Shown here: positions 49,555 through 60,237 of the stretch, in pieces | How the letters are laid out: each line of letters starts with the position of its first letter | Position numbering within the stretch: the first letter of the stretch is position 1 | Origin: an uncultured delta proteobacterium | GTDB taxonomy: Bacteria > Desulfobacterota > Binatia > UBA9968 | Length of the DNA: 64,000 nt | Reading direction: 5' to 3' | Assembly (NCBI GenBank): GCA_963755715.1 | Contig: CAVWLW010000033.1 | Coordinates: 96,001-160,000, forward strand | The notes under the pieces: generated by a model | Told to the model about the DNA's origin: nothing | The model's database searches: none | Seen by the model: only the letters and a program-made list of their open reading frames with translations | Position numbers and translations under genes: made by a program

Positions 49555-52500
49555 TTATTTCATTGCAAAATCGACGCGGTTCGGCCGGCCTTTGAGCTTG
49601 GCTCGCTCTTCGTTGCTAAGCGGCTTGCCGGCGACGACAAACAGGCGATCGGCGCCGACTTGGCCGGTGGCGAGGAGCGCGTCGCGCACGGTTTGAGCGC
49701 GCTGCGTGGAGAGTTGACGCAGGTCATCGTCGCTGACTTTTGCGTACTGCATCATCAGCTTTTCCATCTCCGGAACCGGCAGATTTTGCGCTAAGCCGAT
49801 GGCGTTGCGCGGTTTGGGAAAACTCTCCTCGCCGTAAGCGGTCTTCAAATACTGTTCATATTCGCCTTTGTCGATTTGGACTTCGTCGACCGAACGCGGC
49901 GCTTGGCCTTTGCGCGCCAAGTCTTTCAGTTTCTGCGCTTTGACCTTGCGCTCGATGCCGACCCGCTTTAAGCCATCGAGGTCGCTAATCGGATCGACGC
50001 GGCCAATGATCTCCAGGTTGAGACTGGGACGATTGTTCAAAGCTTTGGCTAGTGTCGCGATTTTGTCGCGGTCCGGCTGCATCGAGGCTGGCCCGGCCAT
50101 TGGCGAATTCGATATAGCTCAACTCCTCGCCGCTGCCACCGCCGCCGAAGGCCGATGCGATCAGCGAGAACGGCGCGGTCACGGCTTTGGTAATGAGATT
50201 GATGACAATCCGCAAAACAAGACCGCCGACGCTGAATTGCGGATCGTCGAGGGAGCCACTGATCGGCAGATCGACATCGATGACGCCGTTGCGATCTTTC
50301 AACAGGGCGACCGCGAGCAGCACGGGTAGCTTCGTGGCGGTCGGACTTTCGATTTTTTCGCCGAAAGTGAGTTGGTTGAGAATGATCTTGTTTTCGGCGG
50401 TGAGCTTGCGGTTGTCCAGCTTGTACTTGACGTTAAACGACAGTTTGCCTTTTTCGATGCCGTAACCGACGTATTTCGCGGAGTAGGGCGTCATGGGGCT
50501 CAATTCGATTTCCCGCGCATCGGCGACGATGTCGAGGAAGAGCTCTTTGGAGAGCGGGTTGAGCTTGCCTTTAATGTCCACGGGCGCGGATTCGTCGAGT
50601 TTGGCTTTGAGATCGATATCTCCCGGTGTCTCCGGTTTCAGCTCGGAAATGGCGCCTTCGACGCTGGTGAGGTTGGCGGAGTAATTGGGCTTGACGAAGA
50701 AATCGCTAAAGTGGATGTTGCCGCTCTGAAGATTGATCTTGCCGATGCTGATCGCTTTGGGAGCGGCGCTATTCTCGACGGGCGGCACTGGTTTTTCCTC
50801 CGCCTTCGCCGGCGCGGCCGGCTCTTCTTTTTTCTCTTCCGGTTGGGCGGTTAACTTTTGCAAGTTCATTTTACCGTCGGCGCCGAGGATCAGGCGCGAG
50901 TAGAAATCCGCCAGCGTGATCTCGCCGATGCGCAATTGAAAAGGCTCCAGATCGAATTGAATCGCGTCGAGCGCCAAGGATTTCCACTTGAGCAGGTCCT
51001 GGGTGTCGTTCTTTTCGACGCTGCCGAAGTCCGCGACGCGCACGCTGCCTTGGTAATTGACCCGCATGCCGCCGTCGGCCGCCGTGTTAAGCGACAGCTC
51101 GCCTTTGGAGCCGATTTGGCCGCCGGTGAGCGATAAATTCACTTTGTCGCCCATGTAATTTTGAAAAGGAAGCAACTCGATGTCCTGGCCGTCCACGGTG
51201 AACTTGGCGTTCAATGGATTCACAGTCGCCGTGCCGACCAGACGCAAGAGCCCTTTGTTATTGATTCTGGTTCTGATCGTCGCCTTGCCTCGCTGATTTT
51301 TTGCCGTGGAGAAATTCTCGCCGTGAAGGGAAATTTCCGAGAGAGTCGTCTTTGCGCCGGCCGCCGTTCCGCGATCCTCGAAATCGATCTTGAAGCGGTC
51401 GAGAGCGATTTTTTTTGCGTCGACTCTCCAGTCGCCGTCGTTCTTTCTTCGCTGGTTGAGCAGGCGCGGCGGCCGGACTTTGAGGCTTTGTGATGCGGGC
51501 GAGATTGATCGTGCCGTCGGCGTCGCGTTGTATATAGCCGTTACCTTCTTTGCCTTCGATGCCACCAATGACTAGGTTTTTTTACCGACGTCCACTGCGA
51601 CGTCCGTCACCGCCAATGAAGCGATGCGCCAGAGCGGTGCGGGCTGTCCGGCGAGATCGAGGCGAAAGGCGCGCAGAGTGGCGTTCAAATCCGTAAGCTT
51701 GATTTCGTTCGCTTCGTCGCCAGCCGCGAAACTGTATTGTGTGGAGATATCGAGGGCTCCATCTTTCACCTCCGCCGCCAGCGCAGTTTCGTAATAGGGA
51801 CGCAGCGCGCCGATTTTAAGACCTTCGACGTCGAGTTTTCCCTCGGCCAGCAGCGGCGCGATTTGCAAGGTGCCGCTATGAGTGAGTTTTTCTTTACTGT
51901 CGGATTCGAAAGCAAGCTCGACGTTGGCCTTCTTGCCCGTCTGATTGGTGAGACCCGTGACCTTGAAGTTAACGTTGTCGAGGCGCGTCTTGTAGGGATG
52001 TTGGGGCCCTTCGTCGTCGATATAAATCATCGCCGACTCCAAGGCGATCTCCCCGACCGAATAGGCCAGAGGCTTACCTTCTTCTTTTTTTGCCTCCGCG
52101 GCGTCGGTTTTCACCGGCGTCGACGCCGCGACCAGGTTGGTCAGATTGAGACTGCCGTCCTTGGCGCGGTTCAGATGCAGCTCGAGACCCTGCGATTTGA
52201 CCGACTTGAGCGCGATCGTGTTGGTGAAAACTTCGATGGCGTCGATCAGAACGTCGAAGCTCGGCAGCTTGACCAATGGCGCGCCGCCGGTTTGCTGCAT
52301 ATCAAGATCCGTCAAGCCGAGATTACCGCCTATGGAGAGCACCGACGGATTATTTTTGGATGCTCTGAAACTGGCTGTTAGCTTGCCGTGCAGTTGACCG
52401 GACGGCACTGTGAAGTTCAATTTTACCGGCGAGTATTCGAGATACTTGGCGATTTCCAGTTTGTCGATATTGATATTGAAAGTGCTGTCCCGGGAATCTT

Positions 52501-53167
52501 TGAACGGGGTGGTGTCGCCGCCTAAGTGCAAAGGTGCGCCATTGATCACCGCGGCAAATTCCGGTTTGACTTTGATATCGACGTAGGAGGGCAAGCTCGA
52601 GATAAACGGCACGCCGAGCTTGATCTGAGTCACGCTGTGTTTGGTCTGTTCCGGGCGGTCGTCGAAGTCGATTTTTCCGTCGACGATCTCGATGTTGTTG
52701 AGCGAGAACCGTGGCGTCGGCCCGGGAGGGCCGGAAGTGAATTCCTCGATCAGATCCTGAAAGTTGTATTTCCGGTCATCGTTGCGAATCACGCTGATAT
52801 AAGGCTTTGCGATCTGCAGCGCTTTGATCACGGGAGCCAAACGAAAGATCGATTGCAGCTCCAGGTTGACGTAAAGCTCGTCGAAGGAGACGGCGGGCGA
52901 CGCGCTTTGGCGCTCCTTCATCAGAAAGCCGCGCACCGTCAGGCTCAGCGCGTAGGGGTTGATCTTGATTTGCTCGATCGAAACCTGGCGATGAAATTTG
53001 TCGGAAAGCGCGCTGGCGACTTTGCCGCGTATCAGCGGCGGGGCGACAAGCCCGAATAGCACGCCAATGGCGATAAAGATGCAAACCACCCAAATTGCAA
53101 TCTTTCGAGTGCGCGGATGACGCGCTATCCCCTTGGCTTGATCGCGGATCTCGCTGATCTTCATCAC
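49555..53167 (-). CDS. DUF748 domain (AsmA-like) protein with OmpA-like C-terminus (frameshifts near 51575, 51450 and 50085)
   Basis: N-terminal anchor, VSIEQIKINPY, repeated beta-rich DUF748 blocks, PYS.KY.GYGIEKGKL, ALLKDRNG.ID.DLP.SGSLDDP.F, RP.LNLEI.GR, RVDF. Confidence 0.85.
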
Positions 53168-53276
53168 GGCTATCTGGATGGATTTTAGTTCGGCCCGATC
53201 TTAGCGCAGGGTTGGTTGCTTGTCCATGACAAGAACGGCAACCGCTGAAGTTACAACGGCGTGAAAGAATTTTATG

Positions 53277-53723
53277 CTATCGATCTTCCGCCGCTTGAAT
53301 CGCCTCGAGCAAAGCAAGATAGGTGGCGGGAAGTTTCCAGTGTCTCGCGCCTTCGAGAATGAGACTTTTATATTCGGCGTTGGACCGCGGAACGTTCGTT
53401 TCTATCTCGGCGACGTAGATCAAAACTACCAACGGCTGTGCCCCATCGCCGAGCGCATAAACCGGCATCAGCTCGCGACGATAACCATCCTCAAAACTAT
53501 CGAGCGTCACCAAATCGGCTTCATTGACATCGTAAACGATGCCGCAAACCTCTTTCCCTTGCGCCGGAAAAACATTGGCAGTGCCGCAGTTGCGCAAGCG
53601 CGAATGGCGCGTGATGCCGAACTCGTAATTGGCGAGCCGTGCGACGCAGACAAACTGCGCTGAGGGACAACGCCGCTGCATCTGTGGCCAGTTCATATTC
53701 GAGCCGTAAGCAAAGTAATACAA
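53277..53723 (-). CDS. Gamma-glutamylcyclotransferase family protein
   Basis: YFAYGSNM..QM..RCP, LDSFE.GY, Y..LI.EGA...LP..Y; probable TTG start. Confidence 0.88.
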   Translation of the reverse strand: MYYFAYGSNMNWPQMQRRCPSAQFVCVARLANYEFGITRHSRLRNCGTANVFPAQGKEVCGIVYDVNEADLVTLDSFEDGYRRELMPVYALGDGAQPLVVLIYVAEIETNVPRSNAEYKSLILEGARHWKLPATYLALLEAIQAAEDR

Positions 53724-53886
53724 AGGGATCTGCCTCGTGATGAACGTCTTATAGTAAGAAAAGCGCTTACCGGCTACAAGCATTCCGCAGTAAATCTCCA
53801 ACCTGCCAAATCGGGTTAAATCGCGTTTGCTTGTATCTACAAGAAAAGTTAAGATATGAACGATTTTGTTGTTTAGGGGAGAAATT

Positions 53887-54477
53887 ATGAAATTTTTTAG
53901 TAACTTAAGCGCCGTTATTATATTAATCTCGATGTTTTTGTTGCCCGCTCGTGGATCTGCCGGCGAAGCTACTGTCCAGCTCAGCGCGACGGTTAATGAA
54001 CTCGTCACCATCCTGGTGAACACTCCAGTTGCGGAACTGCGGGCAAACGGCCTGCCGGACAAGGCTCTCAAGCTCGTTTATGCAAGATTCGATTTCTCGG
54101 AACTGACCAAACAGTCCTTGGGCCGGCATTGGCTGGAGCTGGACCAAGTCCAACAGCGTGAATTCGTCGCTGCCCTCACGCAAAAGCTCCTCGTTGCTTA
54201 TGGCCGAACCGTACGCGCTTCGGGCGATGAAAAAATTGAGTTCAACGGCGAAGAACTGAAAGGAAACCTTGCGAACGTAGAGACAAAAGTCGTCAGCGCC
54301 AACAGCACATTGCCGATCGATTATCGTTTGCACTTCGTCGACGGCCAGTGGAAAGTCTACGACATGGTGATCGATCAAGTCAGTATCGTTCACAACTATC
54401 GCGCTCAATTCGATCGGGTCATCGCGAGATCATCAGTCAAAGAGCTGCTGCAGAAGATGAAAGAGCCGGCGTCCTGA
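53887..54477 (+). CDS. mlaC: MlaC/Ttg2D-like phospholipid-binding periplasmic protein
   Basis: Signal peptide; FDF..LT..SLGRHW; IDYRL....WKVYDMVID.VS.V.NYR.QF. Confidence 0.85.
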   Translation: MKFFSNLSAVIILISMFLLPARGSAGEATVQLSATVNELVTILVNTPVAELRANGLPDKALKLVYARFDFSELTKQSLGRHWLELDQVQQREFVAALTQKLLVAYGRTVRASGDEKIEFNGEELKGNLANVETKVVSANSTLPIDYRLHFVDGQWKVYDMVIDQVSIVHNYRAQFDRVIARSSVKELLQKMKEPAS

Positions 54478-54504
54478 TGCTGGCATAGAATATTGCAAGT
54501 ATCA

Positions 54505-55444
54505 TCACTTCTGAACAAAGCTCCAGTCGAAAGCCCTGGACGGATCGGGTGCGGCTTCGAGCTTTAGCTCCGCGCGAATCTCTTCCATAGCAATTTGTAG
54601 TCCTTGAGCACTGGCGACGCCCGTAGCGGACCAGCTCGACGACGCCATCTCGTAGCTTCCTTCGGCCAACCCTTGGTCCATATCGGTCCATTTCATGATC
54701 GAGCGAATGCTCTCGTGCTCATTGTTCTTGGCGTATTGAATCCCGCGCAGCGTCGCACGCACCAGCCGGCGAATTTCATCCGGTTGTTTTTGGATCTTTT
54801 CCAATCGGGTTCCGAACCCGGCCAGAGGCGAAGGGATCAAATCACCGACAAAAAGAATCTTGCGAAAGCCCTTTCGCTCGAGCATGACGTTGTAAGGCGC
54901 TTCGATCAGCGCGGCATCGATGGCGCCGCTCTCCATCGCAGCGATACGGTTCGTGCCGCCGCCCAAAGCGAGAATTTTCACGTCTTGATTCGGCGTCAGC
55001 TTGTAACGGCGCAATAGTGCGCGCGCGTAGGTATCGGTGCTGGCGCCAAAGGATGAAATGCCCAGTAGCTTGCCTCTCAGCTCTTCGACTGAATGGATCC
55101 CCGGCCGGGCAATGAGAGAGAACAAGGGTTTGTCGGCGATCGTCATCACGACCCGCAACGGCACGTTGCGTAACGCGGCGCGGATAGTCGAGCCGAGCGC
55201 CGTCGTGTAACCGACGTCGCCGGCGATCAGCGCTTGCATGGCGACCTGCGGCTTCATGATGACGTAATCGACGTCGAGACCTTCCGCTCGGTAAAACCCT
55301 TTCTCGCGCGCAAGATGAATGGGAAACCATGAAAGCGACTTAGATGGCGCGGAAATGTGAATCTTAGTCGACTGGGCGGCGAGCCGGGTGAAGAATTGCA
55401 AGAATCAGCAGCACAATTAACATCGGTGCTCTAGGCGTGATCAT
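54505..55444 (-). CDS. NMT1/SsuA-like ABC substrate-binding protein (probable frameshift in the signal peptide)
   Basis: EKGFYRAEGL, ELRGK.LGISSFG, G.IDAA; the signal peptide MITPRAPMLIVLLILA is out of frame with the body. Confidence 0.85.
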
Positions 55445-55509
55445 GTCGGCGTACATAGCCAGTTCTTAAATAGCTTACAAGTCTCGGAGCGTTGTTTGGC
55501 CCTAGGTAT

Positions 55510-56818
55510 TTATGTCGAGGGTCTTTGCGGTGGAGTCGCCAGCAAAATCAAAAACGCCGACGTGAAGAGAGCGCAAGAAAAAATGGTGAACGATAGATCG
55601 TAGCTGCCCATGCGGTCGTGTAGAAAACCGAAAAACGGCGCGCCGCTGGCGGCGAACAAATGAGAGAAGAAAAGCGACAGGCCGCGCACCGTTCCCAGTG
55701 AAGTCCGGCCGAAGAAATTGGCCCAGATCACTTCGCGCAGGACAAAGCTGCCGGCCAGGCCCGTGCCGTAGAGAAAGAACCCGACGTAGGTGAAATGAAT
55801 CTGGCGGCTCGAGATCGCCATGATCAAGCCGATTCCCTGAATCAAAAACTGGATACAGGAGACCTTTCTTATATCGAACCTGTCGGCGAATACGCCCCAC
55901 ACCAGCGTGGAGCCGAGTTGCGTTAAAGCGATCGTACTCATGAAGGACGCGGCGATCAGCGGCGAGTAACCGATATCGGTGACATAAGAAAAGATGTGCA
56001 GATTGAGACCGGCGATGCCGACGCTGGCGATACCGAAGGTAACGACGAGGAGCCAAAAGGTCGGTACGCCGGATCGCCTCGGCTCGAGTCCACGATCTTT
56101 CAGTTCTTAGGTTTTGCGATTGCGCGCTAGATGGCGGCGCGCTGGTCGCTGGTGACTTATCGGCTGTTTGATGCGGCGGATCGCCATCGGGGCGAAGCCC
56201 CATGTCTTCGGGTCTCCGGCGTATGAAGATCAACGCCGGCGCTATGACCAACAGCGGCGCGACGATGCCGAATACCGCCCAGGTGCCGCGCCAGCCGATC
56301 AGGACAAACAAAGATGCGGCAATCAAGGGAATGCCGAGCTTGGCTAGGCCCGTGCCCAAGTTGGCGATGCCCATCGCTCGGCCGCGCTTGCGCACGAACC
56401 ATTGGGCGATCGTTACGTTGATGACCCAAGAACCCAGTAAAGCTTCGCCCGCGATTACTAAAGAGCAGCGGACGAAAACGAACTGCCAAAAGCTTTGCAC
56501 TAGACTGGAAAGCAACAGTCCTGTGCCTTCCATCAGAACGCCGAGGACGAGGACGCCGCGGCCGCCGTGGCGGTCGATCCACGGACCGAGCAGCGGCACG
56601 ATCAGCGCCGCCACGCCGATCTCGAAAGTGCGGATCAACGAAAACGCCCCGCGCGAAACGTTCAGCTCCTCGGTGATCGGTTTGAGAAAAATGCTGAGCG
56701 TGCTGGAGAATGCGAATGTTCCGGCGATGTTGACGAGAATGCCGACGCCGACAATGTACCAGCCGTAGAAATAACGCGGCTGGATTGTCGCACCATCGAG
56801 TTTGAGGTTTGTGGTCAT
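55510..56818 (-). CDS. MFS transporter, oxalate:formate antiporter-like (frameshift near 56065)
   Basis: FYGW.IV, GPWIDRHGGR, WFVRKRGRAMG, RRPEDMGLRPDG, and a second half FADRF...FFGR..LG in another frame. Confidence 0.85.
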
Positions 56819-57030
56819 GAAATGGAGGTGAATGAACGTGACAGCCAAAACAAGTATCAGTCTGGCGCGAGTTACCGCCGGGCGGCAGATGGATGAATGT
56901 GTTGCATGGTTTTGCTGTCGCTCGATAAAACAATAAGCGGCGGTGTTCTGTCAACCGATCGGCGGCGCGGCTTGAAAAATCGGCATCACGGCACTAACAA
57001 TGGCGGCGCAGAGGCGATAGGAGGCTTATC

Positions 57031-58107
57031 GTGCTGATTCTCTCCAACGAAGATATTGAAAAGATTTTGCCCGTCGGCGCTTGTCTCGACGTGCTCGAAG
57101 AAGCTTATCGCGATCTCGGCAACGGCATGGCGGCGACCGTGCCGCGCTACGATGTCTTCAGTCCGACCAAGCCCAACGAGTTCTATGAATACAAAACCAT
57201 GAGCGGTGTGCTGCCTGGTCGCAAGGTCGCGGCGCTGCGTCTGAATTCCAGTATCGTCAAGTGGTACGAAAAGGCCGGCGGCCTTCGCAAAGACAAGCTG
57301 CCGGTGGCGGGCGGCGACAAGTACGTCGGACTCGTCATGCTTTTCAGCACAGAGACCGGCGAGCCCTTGGCGATTTTCCCCGACGGTTACGTGCAGAAGT
57401 TGCGCGTCGCGGGCGCCAGCGCGATTGCGGCGCGCTATCTCGCGCGTCCGGATGCCAAAGTGATGGCGTTGCTCGGCGCCGGCTGGCAGGCCAGCGCGCA
57501 TCTGGTGACGTTGTCGATGATCCGCGACTTGAAGCAGATAAAAATATTCAGTCCGACGCCGGATTCGCGGCGGCGTTTCATCGCGGAGTGGTCGGGAAAA
57601 GTTGCTGCCCAGTTAATTGAAGCGGAAAGCGCCGCGCAGGCGATCGACGGCGTGGATATGGTGATCGCTACGACGAATTCGATCTCGCCGCTTTTTTCCG
57701 GCGATATTTTACGGCCGGGGATGCATGTTTCCTGTGTCAAGCCTTGCGAGCTCGACGCGGCGACGTACAAGCGCGCCGATCCGCTGATCATTCACTGGCG
57801 CGAGGCCAAGCCGTTTCAAATCGCGATCGGCATCGACCGCCAATCGATCCCGGACGTGGCAGAGGGTTGGCAGCATCCTATCACACGCAAAGAAGAAGCC
57901 GTCTGGGATTTTCCGACGCTCTCGGAATTGGTCAACGGTCAACATCCGGGACGAACGAAAGAAGATTCCATTAGCTGTTTCTGCAACAACGTCGGTCTGG
58001 GTCTGCAATTCGCGGCAGTGGGCAGTGAAGTGCTGGCACGGGCGCGGGAGGCGAGGGTGGGGCGCGAGATTCCAACCGATTGGTTCTTGGAAGACGTGCA
58101 TCCATAA
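57031..58107 (+). CDS. Ornithine cyclodeaminase/mu-crystallin family protein (paralog 2)
   Basis: TGEPLAIFPDG..Q.LRV, LGAGWQA, FSPT, TNS, GLGLQFAA, PTDWF; AGGAGG SD. Confidence 0.88.
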   Translation: MLILSNEDIEKILPVGACLDVLEEAYRDLGNGMAATVPRYDVFSPTKPNEFYEYKTMSGVLPGRKVAALRLNSSIVKWYEKAGGLRKDKLPVAGGDKYVGLVMLFSTETGEPLAIFPDGYVQKLRVAGASAIAARYLARPDAKVMALLGAGWQASAHLVTLSMIRDLKQIKIFSPTPDSRRRFIAEWSGKVAAQLIEAESAAQAIDGVDMVIATTNSISPLFSGDILRPGMHVSCVKPCELDAATYKRADPLIIHWREAKPFQIAIGIDRQSIPDVAEGWQHPITRKEEAVWDFPTLSELVNGQHPGRTKEDSISCFCNNVGLGLQFAAVGSEVLARAREARVGREIPTDWFLEDVHP

Positions 58108-58149
58108 AAATAGTTTCAAGGTTCTGATCTCTAGGTTTTAGTTAAAAAC

Positions 58150-59133
58150 ATGAAGACCCTGAGCAGAGTGTTGATGTTGTTGCTTGTGCTGACGCCAAGA
58201 ATCTTAAGCGCGCAGACGAAGCTCAAGGTCGCCTATCCGACTACCGTCGGTTCGATGGCGGTTATTTGGGTGACCAAAGACGCTAAGCTGTTTGAAAAGT
58301 ACGGGCTCGACGTTGAGTTGATTTACGTTGCCGGCAGCTCGAGGATTGTCCAATCGATGCTGGCCAAAGACATTCCGATTTCCGAGATCGCGATTCCGGC
58401 GGTCATCCAGGCCAATCTTGCCGGAGCGGATCTGGTGATGCTCGCCGGTCCCAACAACAAGCCGGGACAAAAGATCATGGTCAAGCCGGAGATCAAGCGG
58501 CGCGAAGATCTGAAGGGCAAAAAGATCGGCATCAGCCGCTTCGGCACCTCGGACGATTTTTTGCTGCGCTACGTGCTCGGTCAATGGAATCTCCAGGCTG
58601 ACCGTGACGTGGCGTTGGTCCAGATGGGCGGCTCGCCTGAGACTCTCGCGGGCTTGGCGGCGGGCGCCATCGATGGCGGTTTGCTCGCTTCGCCGCTCCA
58701 TCTCCAGGCCGCCAAGTTCGGCTACCATCTACTCGCGGACCTGAGCACCATCGGCATCGATTATCAGGGCGCGGGTGTGGTGACGACGCGAAGCTACATG
58801 CGCGAGGCGCCCGATGTCACGCGGCGCTATGTGCGCGCCTACGTTGAGGGCTTGCACCGTTTCAAGACCGACAAGAATTTCGCCGTGAAAGTGATCGGCA
58901 AGTACTCGCGCAGCACGGACCAAGAAGCGCTGGAAGAAACCTACCAGCACTACGCCGTCAAGATTATGCCCAGAGTTCCCTATCCGACGATCAAAGGAAT
59001 TCAAATGGTGCTCGACGAAATCGGTTCGCGCACGCCGAAGGCCAAGAGCCTCGCGCCTGAGAGTTTTATCGACATCAGCTATTTGAAAGAGCTCGAGCAG
59101 ACTGGATTCATCAAGAAGCTTTACGGCGAGTAG
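58150..59133 (+). CDS. NMT1/SsuA-like ABC substrate-binding protein
   Basis: Signal peptide; FEKYGLDVEL; DLKGKKIGISRFG; G.IDG. Confidence 0.9.
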   Translation: MKTLSRVLMLLLVLTPRILSAQTKLKVAYPTTVGSMAVIWVTKDAKLFEKYGLDVELIYVAGSSRIVQSMLAKDIPISEIAIPAVIQANLAGADLVMLAGPNNKPGQKIMVKPEIKRREDLKGKKIGISRFGTSDDFLLRYVLGQWNLQADRDVALVQMGGSPETLAGLAAGAIDGGLLASPLHLQAAKFGYHLLADLSTIGIDYQGAGVVTTRSYMREAPDVTRRYVRAYVEGLHRFKTDKNFAVKVIGKYSRSTDQEALEETYQHYAVKIMPRVPYPTIKGIQMVLDEIGSRTPKAKSLAPESFIDISYLKELEQTGFIKKLYGE

Positions 59134-59279
59134 TTCGTCACATTGCTACTGATGTATCTGACAGGATCGCTTTGTCCAGTTCATCGATCAAAAAGCTCTC
59201 CGGCAATTTTGAATATTCAGTCAAAAAGTTTTTTCAGCGAGCGACAACGAGCGCGAGATTATATTCTCACGGATTATTA

Positions 59280-59308
59280 TTGACAGTTCGAAACCACTTT
59301 CGTAAACT
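59280..59308 (+). promoter_or_regulatory. Near-consensus sigma70 promoter
   Basis: TTGACA (59280-59285), 17-nt spacer, TAAACT (59303-59308), AT-rich upstream tract. Confidence 0.75.
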
Positions 59309-59339
59309 GCCTTCAGCAGGGAAAGGAGGTGGTCCAGAC

Positions 59340-59381
59340 ATGATTGATAAATGTATTGTCTGCGAGGTGGCTGAGACCTAG
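59340..59381 (+). CDS. Putative 13-aa micropeptide MIDKCIVCEVAET (or coding part of a small RNA)
   Basis: Follows the promoter and an extended SD AAAGGAGGTGGTCCAG (59322-59337); carries CxxC; followed by a long hairpin. Confidence 0.55.
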   Translation: MIDKCIVCEVAET

Positions 59382-59387
59382 GCTCTA

Positions 59388-59443
59388 GGCGGATTCTTTG
59401 ACGGGGATTCGGGCCTGGAGCCTGGGAATCCCCCTCAGTCCAC
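59388..59443. terminator. Long GC-rich stem-loop closing the small transcription unit
   Basis: Core GGGGATTC-GGGC-ctgga-GCCT-gg-GAATCCCC, extendable by tga/tca and ggcggat/gtccacc. No U-tract. Confidence 0.5.
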
Positions 59444-59456
59444 CTATAGGTCCGCT

Positions 59457-60197
59457 TCAACGGCTGCTTCGGCTGTCGCTTGAAGCGGACCTTCTTTTTT
59501 TCAGCAACTCGAGCGCGGCGCCGGCGGTTTTTCTGCTCTCGCGATTCTCGCTTTCGCTGGCCTCGCGTAAAGCGATGACAAATTGCTCTGACGGCGATCC
59601 TAAGTCGGCCAGGACGATCGCTGCAGCATTGCGGACCCGAGAGTCCGCGTCTTCCAAGTAAGTTTTCAGCAAAAGACTCTTGTCGTTGTCATTGAGATCC
59701 GCTCTTTGCTTCAGGCAAATGGCGGCGGCGACTCTGACGGTTGGATTGTCATCGCGCAGCCCCTTCAGCAATGCCGCCAGACTGGCGTCGTCGTTTAGAG
59801 TCAGGTCGCGGATACAGTACAGCGCCATCCTTTTTTGGTTGGCTGTGCCGTTGGCGCTGAGTTCTATCAGATGGCCGATATGGTTATCATCGTTTTTGGC
59901 GAGGCGAACGAGCAGAAGGGCGACCGCCCACCGGATATCCGGTTCTTGATGATCCAGTGCGTCGAGTAAGACTCGTATGACGGTGTCGTTTGGAGACGGA
60001 AGTTGTCCTAGGATATATGCGACCGGCCAGTAATTTTTTTTTCCTGGTTGAGTGAGCCGTTCAAGAAGCAAGGCGCGCAGGTCGGCCGATTGCCCGGCCA
60101 ACGGGAAAAGGGCATCGACCGCGGCCCGAATCGTCGGCTTGTCGTGATGATCCAAGTCGGCAATGAGCGCGGCGATCTCGCTCTCGGCTTTAGTCAC
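59457..60197 (-). CDS. HEAT repeat protein
   Basis: Repeated L.D....(I/V)R.AA...L motifs (HDKPTIRAAVDAL, QEPDIRWAVALLL, DNPTVRVAAAICL, ADSRVRNAAAIVL). Confidence 0.85.
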   Translation of the reverse strand: MTKAESEIAALIADLDHHDKPTIRAAVDALFPLAGQSADLRALLLERLTQPGKKNYWPVAYILGQLPSPNDTVIRVLLDALDHQEPDIRWAVALLLVRLAKNDDNHIGHLIELSANGTANQKRMALYCIRDLTLNDDASLAALLKGLRDDNPTVRVAAAICLKQRADLNDNDKSLLLKTYLEDADSRVRNAAAIVLADLGSPSEQFVIALREASESENRESRKTAGAALELLKKRRSASSDSRSSR

Positions 60198-60237
60198 GAA
60201 CGGTGTTCCCGTGTCGATATCAGACCGCCAGCGCCAA

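Noticed and set aside
54481-54497. Sigma54-like TGGCATAGAATATTGC
   Set aside because: GG-to-GC spacing is one base too long, and it lies between convergent gene ends with nothing to drive.
58111-58144. Possible degenerate heptamer array after the second OCD gene
   Set aside because: Too degenerate, and no clear inverted arm.
59322-59337. 16S rRNA gene remnant or 16S PCR primer artefact (minus strand reads CTGGACCACCTCCTTT)
   Set aside because: Similarity stops after 16 nt, with no helix 45 sequence (GGGGAACCTGCGG). It carries a substitution relative to the rRNA and sits exactly between a promoter and an ATG.
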